In this document: positions 34,778 to 47,540 of the stretch, piece by piece | How the letters are laid out: every line of letters begins with the position of its first letter | Numbering within the stretch: position 1 is the first letter of the stretch | Assembly (NCBI GenBank): GCA_044892525.1 | Contig: CM097887.1 | Span: forward strand, 80,206,397 to 80,270,396 | DNA from: Schmidtea polychroa | Lineage: Eukaryota | DNA: 64,000 nucleotides | Direction of reading: 5' to 3' | The notes under the pieces: generated by a model | Databases searched by the model: none | Seen by the model: the letters and a program-made list of their open reading frames with translations, nothing else | Told to the model about the DNA's origin: nothing | Translations under genes and position numbers: made by a program

Positions 34778-37372
34778 CAGGGGTTCCCAAACTTTTACCA
34801 GTCGAGACCCACTATTTAGACCGCAAAGTTTTCGCGACCCACCTGTAAATAAAACAAGAAAAAAGCTAAAAATGTTGATTTACATATTTATTTAACACGC
34901 ATATTTAAGAATAATTAATAGGATGAATGAGATGAATGAGCCTGCTTTCTATTTTTTGCAATAACATCTTCGACATCTACTTTTATATTTGTTGTTATTA
35001 AGCGAAGTGAGTTTGATAGCTGTAATTTGTTGCGATATTTATTTTTTATTGCAATCATTGACGAAAATGCAACCTCGCATAGATAAGAAGTTGTGAAAGG
35101 AAGCAATACTTTTAACGCTGCGGTGTGTAAAGTTGGATATGTGTTTTGCACCGATAACCAAAACTGTAACAATTTCGTACCGTCAAAATGTAATTTAACA
35201 ACACTATCTTCGAATAGCTCAATTAATTCCTCATCCGCTATCGTCGATATACCGGTAACTAAACCACTTTGAAATGGATTTTGAACCCATGTATATTTTT
35301 CTAGATTTTTCATTTCTCCATAGAAATAAAAATCAAAATTTTCTTTAAGTCTGTCCAAATGCTCAATTATTAAAGAAATTAAATCGTTATTGGGCGTTAC
35401 TTCATTTTCAATGATAAAAGTTTGGAATGTATCAAAGCAGTCATATTTATTTTCTTGAACATTATTTTTCCACAACATAAGTTTTTTTGTAAAAGCTTTT
35501 ATTTTACCATGAACTGAAAATATATCAATTCCATTTGTTCCTTGTAATTGTAAATTTAAATCGTTCAATTTCGAAAATATATCTGCTAAATAAGTCAGCA
35601 AAACTACATATTTCACATCGCGCAAATTTGATGTGTACTCATGTTGTTTATGTTCATGTAAATATATTGCTACTTCTTCGCGAAGTTCAACAAGTCTTGT
35701 CAGGACTTTGCCTTTCGATAGCCAGCGGACTTCTGTATGCAGCAGAAGAGATTTATGTAAACTTCCCATCTCTTCGCAGAGTTTTTGAAATAATCGTGAT
35801 TGTAATGGTTTGCTCTTAATAAAATTTACAATTTTTATAGCAGTGGTCAAAACAGTATTTAGACTTTTTGGTATATTTTTGGATACTAACGCTTCTCTAT
35901 GAATAGTGCAGTGAGTCCACGTTGCATTTGGACATTTTTGAAGACAACGTGTCACAGCACCACACATTGCTTTTGCACCGTCGCTACATATTCCGACGCA
36001 GTTTTTCCAATCCAGTTTTTTCAATGTTATATAAGTGTCGAGCGTATCAAAAATTATTTCACTAGTTCCTCGAATGATTGGTTCACAAAATAATATGTCT
36101 TCAAAGAACTCGTTGCACCATATAAAACGTATGAAAATAATTAGTTGGGACAAACCTTGTACATCGGTTGATTCATCCAGTTGCAACGCAAAAAGTCCAC
36201 TAACTTGAATTCTATGGATAAGCTTATTTTCTACCCATTCGGACATTTCATCAATTCTACGAGCAACTGTGTTATTAGAAAGTGGAATTGATTCAACTTC
36301 TTTTAAGCTCTGCTCTCCAAACATAATTCCAACAGCATCTTTTATAGCTGGAAGTACTAATGACTCTCCAATAGTGTGCGGTTTACCGGATTGTGCAATT
36401 CGCAAACTAATGAGATACGAGGCGAACATAGCCTTTTCATTAATGCTGATGAAGCGAGAAAAAAGATTTTTTGAATTATTTAATTCCTGTAATTTGGTTT
36501 TAAAATAATCAATAGGCTTATTTTTTAAATCGGAATGTTTCGTCTCAAAATGTCGTATTAATTTGTTAGGTCGCATACTTTCATTAGCCAGAATTTCTTG
36601 ACAAATAACACACTGTGGGCGTGGATCATCTTCTTTTCTATTCCATGTAAATCCAAATTTTAGATATTCAGAATCATATTTTCTTTTGCCACGTTTTGAT
36701 GATTGCGAACTTGTTGAAGGATTCTCACCAAATTTTCTCTTATTATCTGTTTTTGTTGCTACAGAACCTTCTTTTTCTTTTTCATTTTCAATTGTTTGAT
36801 TTTGCCCAGGAGTCTTTTTCAACCACTTATCCATCGCAGCAATGGTTCTTTAAAAATAAGAATATTAAGAACTTTATTTATTACATGAAATACTATAGCA
36901 CTAAATTTAAAAAATACTTACATTTGATTTTAAATTATGTTTTTTTATTAACGAAACACTTTTATTAACAATATATATAAACTTTTTTATTAACAACACA
37001 ACAGCGTACTTAGTCCAAAACAAAATTTGCACTGGTTGTCTGAATATTTAAAGTTTGTAATCCTAAATTTCTAATTAACCGTTATTTGTGTTTGGTTGCC
37101 TGGTTAAAATGTAGAAAAGTGGTTGCTATGATGCGATTATTAAAAACAAGTTCTAAATACAAAAATTTGCTAAAAAGAAGTTTAATTTTTAAACCACCTA
37201 AAAATATGCAATAATTTTTTGTCGCAAACCTACTTATATATAAATATTGTGACAAGTTAAGTAAAAGCAAATTAATATGCTCAGTAATACAAATATTAAA
37301 TTTTTGGCTAAATATTAAATTTTTGGCGACACACCGAAAATAGCTTCGCGACCCACACTTTGGGAACCGCTG
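34778..37372 (-). mobile_element. Full-length Buster-family hAT transposon (2595 bp)
   Basis: TIRs CAGGGGTTCCCAAAC / TTTGGGAACCGCTG and an exact TSD ATTTACTG at 34770-34777 and 37373-37380. Confidence 0.95.
34915..36834 (-). CDS. Buster/ZBED5-SCAND3-like hAT transposase, 639 aa
   Basis: BED finger (PQCVIC...RHFETKH), LQLDESTD, CSDGA, HCTIHRE, EVRWLSKG and YLCEVAFS, with no stops. Confidence 0.95.
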   Translation of the reverse strand: MDKWLKKTPGQNQTIENEKEKEGSVATKTDNKRKFGENPSTSSQSSKRGKRKYDSEYLKFGFTWNRKEDDPRPQCVICQEILANESMRPNKLIRHFETKHSDLKNKPIDYFKTKLQELNNSKNLFSRFISINEKAMFASYLISLRIAQSGKPHTIGESLVLPAIKDAVGIMFGEQSLKEVESIPLSNNTVARRIDEMSEWVENKLIHRIQVSGLFALQLDESTDVQGLSQLIIFIRFIWCNEFFEDILFCEPIIRGTSEIIFDTLDTYITLKKLDWKNCVGICSDGAKAMCGAVTRCLQKCPNATWTHCTIHREALVSKNIPKSLNTVLTTAIKIVNFIKSKPLQSRLFQKLCEEMGSLHKSLLLHTEVRWLSKGKVLTRLVELREEVAIYLHEHKQHEYTSNLRDVKYVVLLTYLADIFSKLNDLNLQLQGTNGIDIFSVHGKIKAFTKKLMLWKNNVQENKYDCFDTFQTFIIENEVTPNNDLISLIIEHLDRLKENFDFYFYGEMKNLEKYTWVQNPFQSGLVTGISTIADEELIELFEDSVVKLHFDGTKLLQFWLSVQNTYPTLHTAALKVLLPFTTSYLCEVAFSSMIAIKNKYRNKLQLSNSLRLITTNIKVDVEDVIAKNRKQAHSSHSSY

Positions 37373-37401
37373 ATTTACTGTATTATCATATTTATCAAGT
37401 A

Positions 37402-39112
37402 CAGGGTTATGACGAAATATATTTAAAATCTTGAAATAATATATTTAAAATCTTGAAACAATATATCTAAAAACTTGAAACAATATATTTAAAATCTTGA
37501 AATAATATATTTAAAATCTTGAAACAATATATGTAAAAACTTGAAACAATATATTTAAAATCTTGAAATAATATATTTAAAATCTTGAAACAATATATGT
37601 AAAAACTTGAAACAATATATTTAAAATCTTGAAATAATATATTTAAAATCTTGAAATAATATATTTAAAATCTTGAAACAATATATCTAAAAACTTATAT
37701 TGAAATTTAAAAACTTACATCGATATTTTAAAAACTTCCAAACAATAAATATTAGATTCAATCCAAGAAGCTTTAATGCGCAGTCCATTCTTTTTAAACT
37801 AATTCATATATAACAAAGAAATCACAAATAACGAAATATCGATTTATTCAAATAAACTCTTGTCTAGCAAGAGCTTTTTCAATATATTTCCTCATGTTAG
37901 CAAACCAACCACCAAAATCGATTCCTTCATTATCCAGTGTAGTCCGTATTCTGGTTTTCAATTCATCTCGATTTGCAGCCGAAGGATGAATGGCAAATAG
38001 CACCGATTTAAAATGGCTAAAGTAGTCTTCAATCGGATTTAACTGGGGGAGTAAGGAGGTAAAAATCGAAAATTAATATTATTAGACTCCAACAGACTAA
38101 TAACAGTTCTGGAATGGTGAAACCTACAGTTATCCATTATCAATACGTCATTCGGATTAGATCTAAAATGGCTCAACAACTTTTCCTCAATAAACCACAA
38201 AAACTTTCTCTGTTAAAAGCACCATCTTTGATTTCATAAGAAACTATTCCAGATTTCTTAATTGCCACCATACAACTGATATTAGTACCACGATTGCCTT
38301 TAACGATTTTGTAGGCTTTTGAATTTTTGGGCGAGTAACCGTAGTTCCTGGTTTGATGCAAATTCAATCCGGTTTCATCCAAAAAAACCAAATGATCATT
38401 CGAGATAAAATTTGTTTCAACGGGTGTATCTTTGCCTTAGATCGATATTTTAGGGGTGTTTCGTTCCTATGGAATTCTGACCAGTCGTTTCCTGGTATAT
38501 TCCATCTTTTTAAGTATTTTAGAAACAGCACTCGAGCACCTAGTTATTCCGGAGTGTTGCAACTCTTCGGATAGTTCGGGCTGGGTAAATGAGGCGCCTC
38601 TTTGTAAAATTTGGCTTATTTTGGATTTCACGACGGACAAATCTGCCATTTTCCTTCCTTTCTTCGGACCGCAGATTTCTTCGTCCGTTGCGCCGTCGCA
38701 TAGTTTTCCGACCAGGTTATATGCGGTCTGCAGACTAATCTCTTGCTCGGAGGCGATTGTTTTTGTATCGGTATTTTTTTCAACCGATTTTCGGACTCGT
38801 TTTATGATTTCGAGCGTAACAGTTTGCCGCCTTTTTCGAACCCTGACATCTTGGCGCTCTTCGGAGGTTTGTTCAGTGCTGTTGGACATGGTTGAGGGAT
38901 TTAGTTTTGAATGCATAAATTCCAGTCTTAAAATATATCGATGTAGGTTTTTAAAATTTCAATATAAGTTTTTAGATATATTGTTTCAAGATTTTAAATA
39001 TATTATTTCAAGATTTTAAATATATTATTTCAAGATTTTAAATATATTATTTCAAGATTTTAAATATATTATTTCAAGATTTTAAATATATTATTTCAAG
39101 ATTTTAAATATA
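37402..39112 (-). mobile_element. Tc1/IS630-type DD34E element with long inverted arms of 22-bp tandem repeats; transposase disrupted
   Basis: TA-CAGGG left end. The minus strand gives HTH region (38467-38916), FLDETG, and MDN-(34)-FLPPYSPQLNPIE, with stops and a frameshift near 38190. About 13 units of ATATATTTAAAATCTTGAAA(T/C)A lie on the left and about 6 inverted units on the right. Confidence 0.85.
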
Positions 39113-39329
39113 TATAAATATATAAACATATAAAGACATGATGCATACATGAGTCATAAGATGAATGATTAAACACACTGTGGACTTTGAATTTATGACC
39201 CCAAAATTAGAAAATTTTATTCACATTATTATTAATTACACATCGCTGAACTTCATAAATTCATTTATTAAAAATATTGCGTTAGATTTCAATTTACTAG
39301 TACCCAATAAATTTATTATTTATTATTAG

Positions 39330-39796
39330 CAGTGCCGGATTTAGATCTGATAAGGCCCTAGGCTATTTAAAATATGGGGCCCTTTATAAGACCAGATATC
39401 ATATCTCAGCGCCAAATATGATTTTCGGATACCTAGAGGGATAAACTGAAATACAATTAAGAAGCATAAACACATGAGACTGAGGGAACATAATTTATCT
39501 TGAGTCATTGTTTTCTAAATCCAGAAGCTGTCGAAATTTATCAGTAATCTCGGTTGTCATAATTATGACTAAACAAACCCTAGGCACAATAGCGCTTTGC
39601 CTTTGTTCTTCGAAATGACGTCCTAAAAAAAATTCGATGAAAAGTATGGGACGTTTCAGACATGTGGCAGTAGGAAAGATTATGCTGCAGTATATTTAAG
39701 TCAACATGACAATTTCTCATTCGAACTCTTTTTGGGGCCCTGAGAAAGCAAGGGCTCTAGGCCCTAGGCTGTGTAGCCTATACGTAAATCCTGTAC
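39330..39796. mobile_element. Old hAT-like MITE
   Basis: Degenerate TIRs CAGTGCCGGATTTA / TAAATCCTGTACT; no TSD recovered. Confidence 0.45.
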
Positions 39797-42700
39797 TTAT
39801 AATTTATAAGTAATAAAATTAAAAACTTACATATTTTCANNNNNNNNNNNNNNNNNNNNNNNNNNNNNNNNNNNNNNNNNNNNNNNNNNNNNNNNNNNNN
39901 NNNNNNNNNNNNNNNNNNNNNNNNNNNNNNNNNNNNNNNNNNNNNNNNNNNNNNNNNNNNNNNNNNNNNNNNNNNNNNNNNNNNNNNNNNNNNNNNNNNN
40001 NNNNNNNNNNNNNNNNNNNNNNNNNNNNNNNNNNNNNNNNNNNNNNNNNNNNNNNNNNNNNNNNNNNNNNNNNNNNNNNNNNNNNNNNNNNNNNNNNNNN
40101 NNNNNNNNNNNNNNNNNNNNNNNNNNNNNNNNNNNNNNNNNNNNNNNNNNNNNNNNNNNNNNNNNNNNNNNNNNNNNNNNNNNNNNNNNNNNNNNNNNNN
40201 NNNNNGAATAACATTTAAAATGTTTTGACGAGAAATCGTTTAGTAACACGTTCAAAGAAACAAGTCCAATAAAGAAAATAATTGAAGAACCAAAGAAAAT
40301 GAAATCAATCCAAATCAAGAAAAATGTTGATATCCACCCAGTACAACTGTGTCATAACTATAAGATGTATTTCTTGGTAGATGATGTTCCATATTCAAGC
40401 TTCATTGAATGTTTAGCAAAAAAAGATGTTGCTACAATAAATAAAATTTTGGTGAAAATAAATATGAATCTAAGTTGCAATGAAAATATATTCATCAACA
40501 ATCAAAATTCCCGTTTTCATGATGTCTTTGAAGAAATAGAAAAAAAATTAAAAAGAAAGCTGGTTACTCAAAATAGCAATACAAGGGCGTAAATTGATGA
40601 TAAAGATGTAATATCACCAATTTAGAAAAAACGAGTGCTCGAATTTCTTTAGGATTTTAATATAATATATAATAACTGTTTAATTTAATGATTTTTCTTA
40701 TTTTTATTTGTTGTTAGTGTTATTTGAGATGGTATATTAATTCAATGATATTTAAAATTTCGATTGAAGCCGAACGGTGACAGGGCTCTCGGAAAATTAT
40801 CATGCCTTTGTAACGTAATATCCCTTTGTTATGTAGTGCACACATCTGTCTACTTGCACGTTTTTTCTAACGATTTTGACTTAAATTGAAGGGTCTTCAC
40901 ATATAAGTGTAACAATATATAGACAGAATTTAATTCTCTACAAAATGGCAGGATACAAAATATGAAATGTTGTTTGCTTACACTACACACATGTTTTGTC
41001 GTGATGTTAATTTATTTGATGCCATTTTGTAAGGAATAAAATTCTGCTATAAATTGTTTGAGTGAAAATATTTCAAGTGTTTTAAAATTATATGTAAATT
41101 TAAAAATAGTGTACTAGAAATGAAATTTAAAAAATTTTGATTACATCATAGGCTCAATAAATAGAGAATTTAATTTGAAAGTTTTCAAAGCTCTTATAAA
41201 AAATTAAAATTAGAGAATGAGTGATTTAAACAATTAAATAAATATTAAATATTATGTAATCAACGATTTAAACGAAAATTAAAATTTGTATATTGTATAA
41301 TAATCATTTTAAACAAAATTTAAAATAATATTATGTAATATTGTTCACTTGAAAAATATTGTTTTCACTTGAAAAAGGCAGTGCCGAAAATTTGTGAATA
41401 TCAACAAACATCGACATATTACTGATTTATAGTCTTCAAACTCTCTTTTCAATTTAATATTGTTTTGTTCTGGAGATCACACATTTGTCTATTTGCAGTT
41501 TCCTTTTCTTACATAGTTAAACAACTTTTATTTAAATATAAATTTTATTGTAGTAAAATTCTATTATAAGTAATCATATTAGTGGAGTTACCAGAACATC
41601 TACAAATTTACTAAATCAAAGTGTTAAACAATGATTAATTTTATCAGTTAAATAATTATTTAAATAATTAATTCTCGGATGTAGCACGCCTAAATGTATA
41701 GTATACTTTTAAGGAGAGCCGGTTTTGGTTGTAGCTAATATTTGTAAACCCTAATGAAAAGTATAATGTCCTAAGGAAATCCTGGTTTCAGCATCTCAGT
41801 GCTTCTATTCAACCTTTCCATCCTACCGCAGAAACCTTTGTAGAAATGGAATCGAAACACAATATTGGATGATGAAGATGTCCATCGATTCAATAGTTCT
41901 ACCTGGATACAACCCACCAGCCCATGATAAATCTGGAAATAATAAACTGTGCAAATAAATCAAATAGTGATGGATATTTATGCTATGGATGAAGAATGCA
42001 ACGTTTGCGATGTTTGCATCTCCATGTATGACGAGTTTCCGCCAATCCTGACTTTGTTTATGCACTCTGTATATTTATAATTTTCGTCGAAAATGAATGT
42101 ATATATATTTTAATTACAAAATAGTCGAATTATTTAATGTAATTAATGAATAATCTCTTTGTAATGCGTTTCCTGTTTGAAATACATCGATACACAATAA
42201 TATTGTTGGAACATGAAGGAAAGAACCTTTTGCTTCTTGCATCAAGTATACTGTTGTAATTTTATATGCATGATCATCCTAAGTACGTATTTTCAACCGT
42301 CACATAAGAAACAAGGGAATGAGTTATCTGAATAAATTATGATTGCTTAACTTCAACCCTACCAATAATTTTCAATGGTGGAGCATGACATCATTCTAAA
42401 AAAAGGATTAAAATTTATCATAATAAATTCGGGTGTGCGGAAACAGAGCAATTCGATATGGGAAATACATAGACGCTCAGAAATCTGGGAATTCCTTTGA
42501 CAAATAAAACAATAAAACCAATAAATTTATTTATTGAGCAATGCGAATGTATTTTCTGTTTTTGATAAATAAAAATATATAAAGGAAAACAAAAGGATTA
42601 GTAAAAATTATTTTAGAAATCATCAAAAAATGCTCATCGTCGTGTTAAACCTGCAATAATANNNNNNNNNNNNNNNNNNNNNNNNNNNNNNNNNNNNNNN

Positions 42701-43357
42701 NNNNNNNNNNNNNNNNNNNNNNNNNNNNNNNNNNNNNNNNNNNNNNNNNNNNNNNNNNNNNNNNNNNNNNNNNNNNNNNNNNNNNNNNNNNNNNNNNNNN
42801 NNNNNNNNNNNNNNNNTGATGGTTTCATGGTAGCTAAATAAGCTAAATATTAAATAATTAATAATTATGGGAAAATCTTTTGTTGAAATTTTTAAAAATT
42901 CATTATGTGAAAAATTTCGCTTTTGAAAAATTATTTTCAATCTACTTCATAAAATAATAACGGAAATATACAACGNNNNNNNNNNNNNNNNNNNNNNNNN
43001 NNNNNNNNNNNNNNNNNNNNNNNNNNNNNNNNNNNNNNNNNNNNNNNNNNNNNNNNNNNNNNNNNNNNNNNNNNNNNNNNNNNNNNNNNNNNNNNNNNNN
43101 NNNNNNNNNNTTAACTTTATGTCAATTTAAAGTTAAAGTCCTATAGAAGTTTAGTTACTATTATTTAGTTACCATGAGCATGACTATCATACAGAAATTC
43201 AAATCAATGAGCTAAGTTAATTTAAAATAAGTTTTTAATATTTAACATTGTATAACAGTTTTTAAATAAATATTTATCAGGAATTGAACAATTGAAATCA
43301 ATTTACAAATAACATTTGAATAAAAATGTCGATTAAAATTTAAGTTATTGTATCGTA

Positions 43358-44739
43358 CAGTTACCGCGGAACAGTTTTTGAGCTGGGGGGGCTAATATCA
43401 GCAAGTCGTAAAGTTCGATAGACCTCTATCTAGAGAAGAGGAAGGGCAATTGTAGAAATCACCGCTGTTTGTATTTTATGGATCGTTTTTTGGGAAACTC
43501 ACGAAACCAACAGCTCTGAAATGACCGATTCTGCTTTCCAAAATTTCTTTTCGGAAATTCAATATTCATTGGTTGGAATAATTCCATGTTGGGTTGTTGA
43601 ATAGTACTGGTTAATTCAATAAGTTTATTGCTTTTCTCAGGATGATTTCTTTCTGAACATGGATGAGAACTTGGTACTATTTCTTTTTCAATAACTTCTT
43701 GTGGTAACGTTATCATATGACTTTCCTCGTTAATCTCCACAGTACTGGTTGTTTGAAGCGGAGTAAATTTGGAAACAAAAATATGAGTGTGGACTGCCTT
43801 CTTTTCTTGGGAGGAGGATCTGTAAAGATAAAACAGTTATGTTTGAACATTTATAAAACATGAATTCTAATTCCTAATAATATGTCAAAATTTATATTAT
43901 TACTTCCTTTTTGTTTCGGTTTTACGCTAAAAAGTATATGGTAGGATAGCAGGCGTACAAACTTACGTAGACTTGTCCTGGGAGCAGTCGAGGCACGAAT
44001 CAAACAAGTAATTAGCTAACCAGCATCCATAAATTTATCTTAACACTTAGTGATTGAACGAACCGAAAGCATTTAAATAACTAAAAACGATACCGTAGCT
44101 TTTGAAAATTTTCATGTTCCCGAAGCACAGAAGGACAAAATCCAACCCATATAGGGATGCTACTTTTTATTATATTTAAGAATTGCACAAAATGGGAATA
44201 TGAAAATACGTGAAAATTAAATAGATCACAATTCTTGAAAATTTGGTTGTGAAGCAGGCTTACAATAAATATCCTCAGAATTAAAAATCCATTTTTTAAA
44301 TAATAAATTGCTGTTTTTAATTCAAGAACTTCACGTCAAAGCAATCGGTTCATTCATAATAAAAAACTGATTATCATACATTATTAATTGAAATAATGAT
44401 TCAGTGCTCACCTGTCATTGTTAATACTCGAATAAATAAATGAATTCAAAACGCGTAGTAGTAAGTTAGTAGTGCGATAAAACAATTAAGAAGTCAGTTA
44501 TAAAATATATAAATTGAATAAAGTCAAATGAAATTATGCAGTACGATTGATAAAACCAGCAAGTCTTTAACTCTTAATAAATTTCAATATGTTTCTTTTA
44601 AATCATAGGAACATACTGGCATACCATACACTGCCAAAGATCGCTGTGCTATGTTCACAAGATTTAGTGACTGAAAGGAAGGGTCCAATTTTTTTTCTGT
44701 GGCAAGATAAGTGGGCCCCCCCCGGCTCCGCGGTCCCTG
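43358..44739 (-). mobile_element. Internally deleted hAT (Tip100-like) element with transposase N-terminal remnant
   Basis: TIR-like CAGTTACCGCGGAAC / GGCTCCGCGGTCCCTG. The ORF at 43459-43740 contains FPKRNFGKQNRSFQSCWFREFP (TTF zinc-finger start). No TSD. Confidence 0.6.
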
Positions 44740-45003
44740 TAGTAGGTAGTTATCTAGAGTAGTTATCCACCATTAGTTACCACCCACTGATAGAGGCCCT
44801 ACCCTACCCCTTCAAAGTCAAGTGGCGCTTATTGATTTAAATTTTTATTGATTTAATATCGAAATTTTTGATTAAAAAGTGCAAATATTGATTTTAGAGT
44901 GAAATTTTACTTTTTGTTTTATATCGCTCTAGCGCGGATGTTTATGATTTTCAAAAAATTATTTCAACTAAATTAGAGAGAAGGAAGTCACCTATATCTT
45001 TGC

Positions 45004-46040
45004 TTGCTGTTAAGCATTCTAGCTGTTAAGCATTTTGATCACAATTTAGAAGGTAGACAATTCACAGTCTTCACTGATCACAAACTTCTTATCCACTGCG
45101 TCACCATGAAAGACCCATCAAACAGGGTACATCGTCAGATAACATACCTATCATCTTTCTACATTAAGTTCTCCAATGTCTCCGGTAAAGATAATGTAAT
45201 CGCTGACTATCTTTCCAGAAACATTTCAGCATCTATCTCATCAACCCCAGTAATTACTCAAGATGTTCTCTGTTCAACCCTACCGATATCAGAAGATCTC
45301 GTTCATTTCAAAGACAACAGACGCTATACATTATGATACAATGTATAAAAACACTCTCAGACCAATTCTACACGCTTCGCTTCGGAAGGAAGCATTTCTC
45401 GCCATTCATAACTTGCACCACCCAAGAATTAAGCCACATACCATCTCCTCCGCCAAAAAGTCACATGGTTCTCATTATTCAAAGATGTAAAAATGTGGGT
45501 GTCTGAATGTGAAGGCTGCCAACAATTTTAAAGTGAATCGACACACATAAACCACCAATCACTCCTTTCCCAACGGGTTCGAGATTCGACACACTTCACA
45601 TTGACCTAGTCGGTAAACTACCAGCAGACGACGGATTTTGTTATATCCTGACAATGATTGATCCGAAAACACGATGGTTTGAGGCCGTTCCTGTCCGTGA
45701 CATCAGCGCTCACACGGTCGCACAACCTTTAGTATCCACCTGGTTTCCACGTTATGGAATTCTGACCTCTATTATCACTGACCAAGGTGCACAATTCCAA
45801 TCGGATCTTTTTGAACATCTTACATTCAGCCTCGGCATGAAACACTTAAGAACCAGCTCTTACCATCCGCAAACAAATGGTCTCGTCGAACGCGCTCATC
45901 GGACTTTGAAAGCATCTCGCAGAATACTCTCAACTTCAACTTCATGGGTCAAAGCGTTACCATTTGTTTTACTAGGATGGCACAACACACCCAATCGTTC
46001 AAGCGGCGTGTCTCCTTCACAACTTTTGTTATCTCATCTT
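45004..46040 (+). mobile_element. Gypsy pol remnant (RNase H and integrase)
   Basis: LEGRQFTVFTDHKLL, GKDNVIADYLSR, TDQGAQFQS and SSYHPQTNGLVERAHRTLK, with frameshifts. Confidence 0.88.
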
Positions 46041-46439
46041 TTTTGTTTTTTCAAATTGTCTTTGGGACACTGCACATAATTTTTGCTTCTCACTATCTCT
46101 GACGGGTGTCGAGATAATTTATAATTTCCCTTTATTATTTATCCGCCCTTTTCATTCGAATCTGCTATCTCAGTCAGGCTGTCGAGATATGTATTGTTCA
46201 GATTTTGTTTATTGGAATTTGAAATTCCTTTTTCCCCTTTTTGTACTTCTTAATTAACGATAACCATTGTTTTAATTTCTTGTTCGCTTTCTTTTGTTTG
46301 ATTCCTTTATCTCATTTTTCATTTCTTTTACTTCTGTTTCCTTCTCCGAGTTCCCATAGATCGTCCCGTTTGTCATGATGATTTGCCCACAGGTAATTTT
46401 ATTTAATCAATTATTTATTATTTAAGTATCCTCAACACT

Positions 46440-46770
46440 AGTGGCACACTGTTTTTGCATCGAGAATCTCTTGTATAAAACACTTTAACTGCCTCATTAA
46501 AATCGGCCTTAGACCAAATAGTTAGCATAGCAAATTATATCAAATCACGACTTTTGCAAACACGATTATTTAAAAAACTTTGTGCATCTATGGAAACTCA
46601 ACACGAATCTTTACTTCTGCATACTGAGTTACGTTGGTTATCACGAGGCAAAGTGTTGAATGGAATTTTAGAACTGAAGAATGAATTATCCATACTTTTT
46701 GAAAACGAAGATAACAAAGCTTTGAAAACTTATTTAAGAAGCAATATTTGGTGCATGAAAATGGCATAAT
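46440..46770 (+). pseudogene. Buster transposase internal fragment
   Basis: HRESL...NYIKSRLLQTRLFKKLC...LLLHTELRWLSRGKVL. Confidence 0.8.
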
Positions 46771-47540
46771 TTAGCTAATATTTTTTCAAGTTACGAAAAT
46801 GCTTTCTTCAACAAAAATGTATTTCACGCAGAGCCTTTTGCATGATAAGGTTCCGGAACCTGGCGCCATTTATGGTAATAATATCTGTTTTTTTTGTATT
46901 TTTGACTATCTTCCAATAAAATTTCGAACAAGTTGTGGTTAGTAAAGTTGTAGGGCTTGTAACTATTCGTAGTTCGAAAAAAGAAAATTTCCAAAATTTT
47001 AAAGATTCTTGTTCTAGTCAAGATTTTCTCTTTAAAAAATTAAAATTTTTCACCAGAAAAATCTTGAAGATATACAAAAATGTTGTGGCATGCAAAGATA
47101 TATATGATTTCATCCTCTATATTTTAATCGAAATAATTTTTTGAAAATCTCAAACCCCCGAGCTAGAGCGATATAAAACAAAATGTAAAATTTCACTCTA
47201 AAATCAATTTTTGCACTTTTTAATCAATAAATACACATTTAAATTAAACTTGAATTTTTTTGAAAGATTTTCACTTAAAAATTAATAAATGCACTTTTAA
47301 ATCAATAAAAATTCAAAATTTTAAAAATCAACAATCCCGACAACCGATAATCGTGAAAATCAATAATCACGACTTTATCCTAAAGATGGGAAGGGGGCTT
47401 CTGTTGTTAACCAGTGCGTGGTAACTAATGGTGGTGCCCGGGCCTGAAATCTACTTACTATATATAATAAATCGCAACGTCTTGCTATCGGATCAACGAT
47501 AATATTATAGCTAGTTTTATGAAATACTGGATCAACTTAC

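Noticed and set aside
37417-37700. 22-bp array, and the 63.1-64 kb array, as CRISPR
   Set aside because: There are no unique spacers, the context is eukaryotic and no cas genes are present.
38456-39019. 187-aa plus-strand ORF, and small ORFs antisense to the Buster transposase
   Set aside because: They are antisense shadows of transposase coding sequence.
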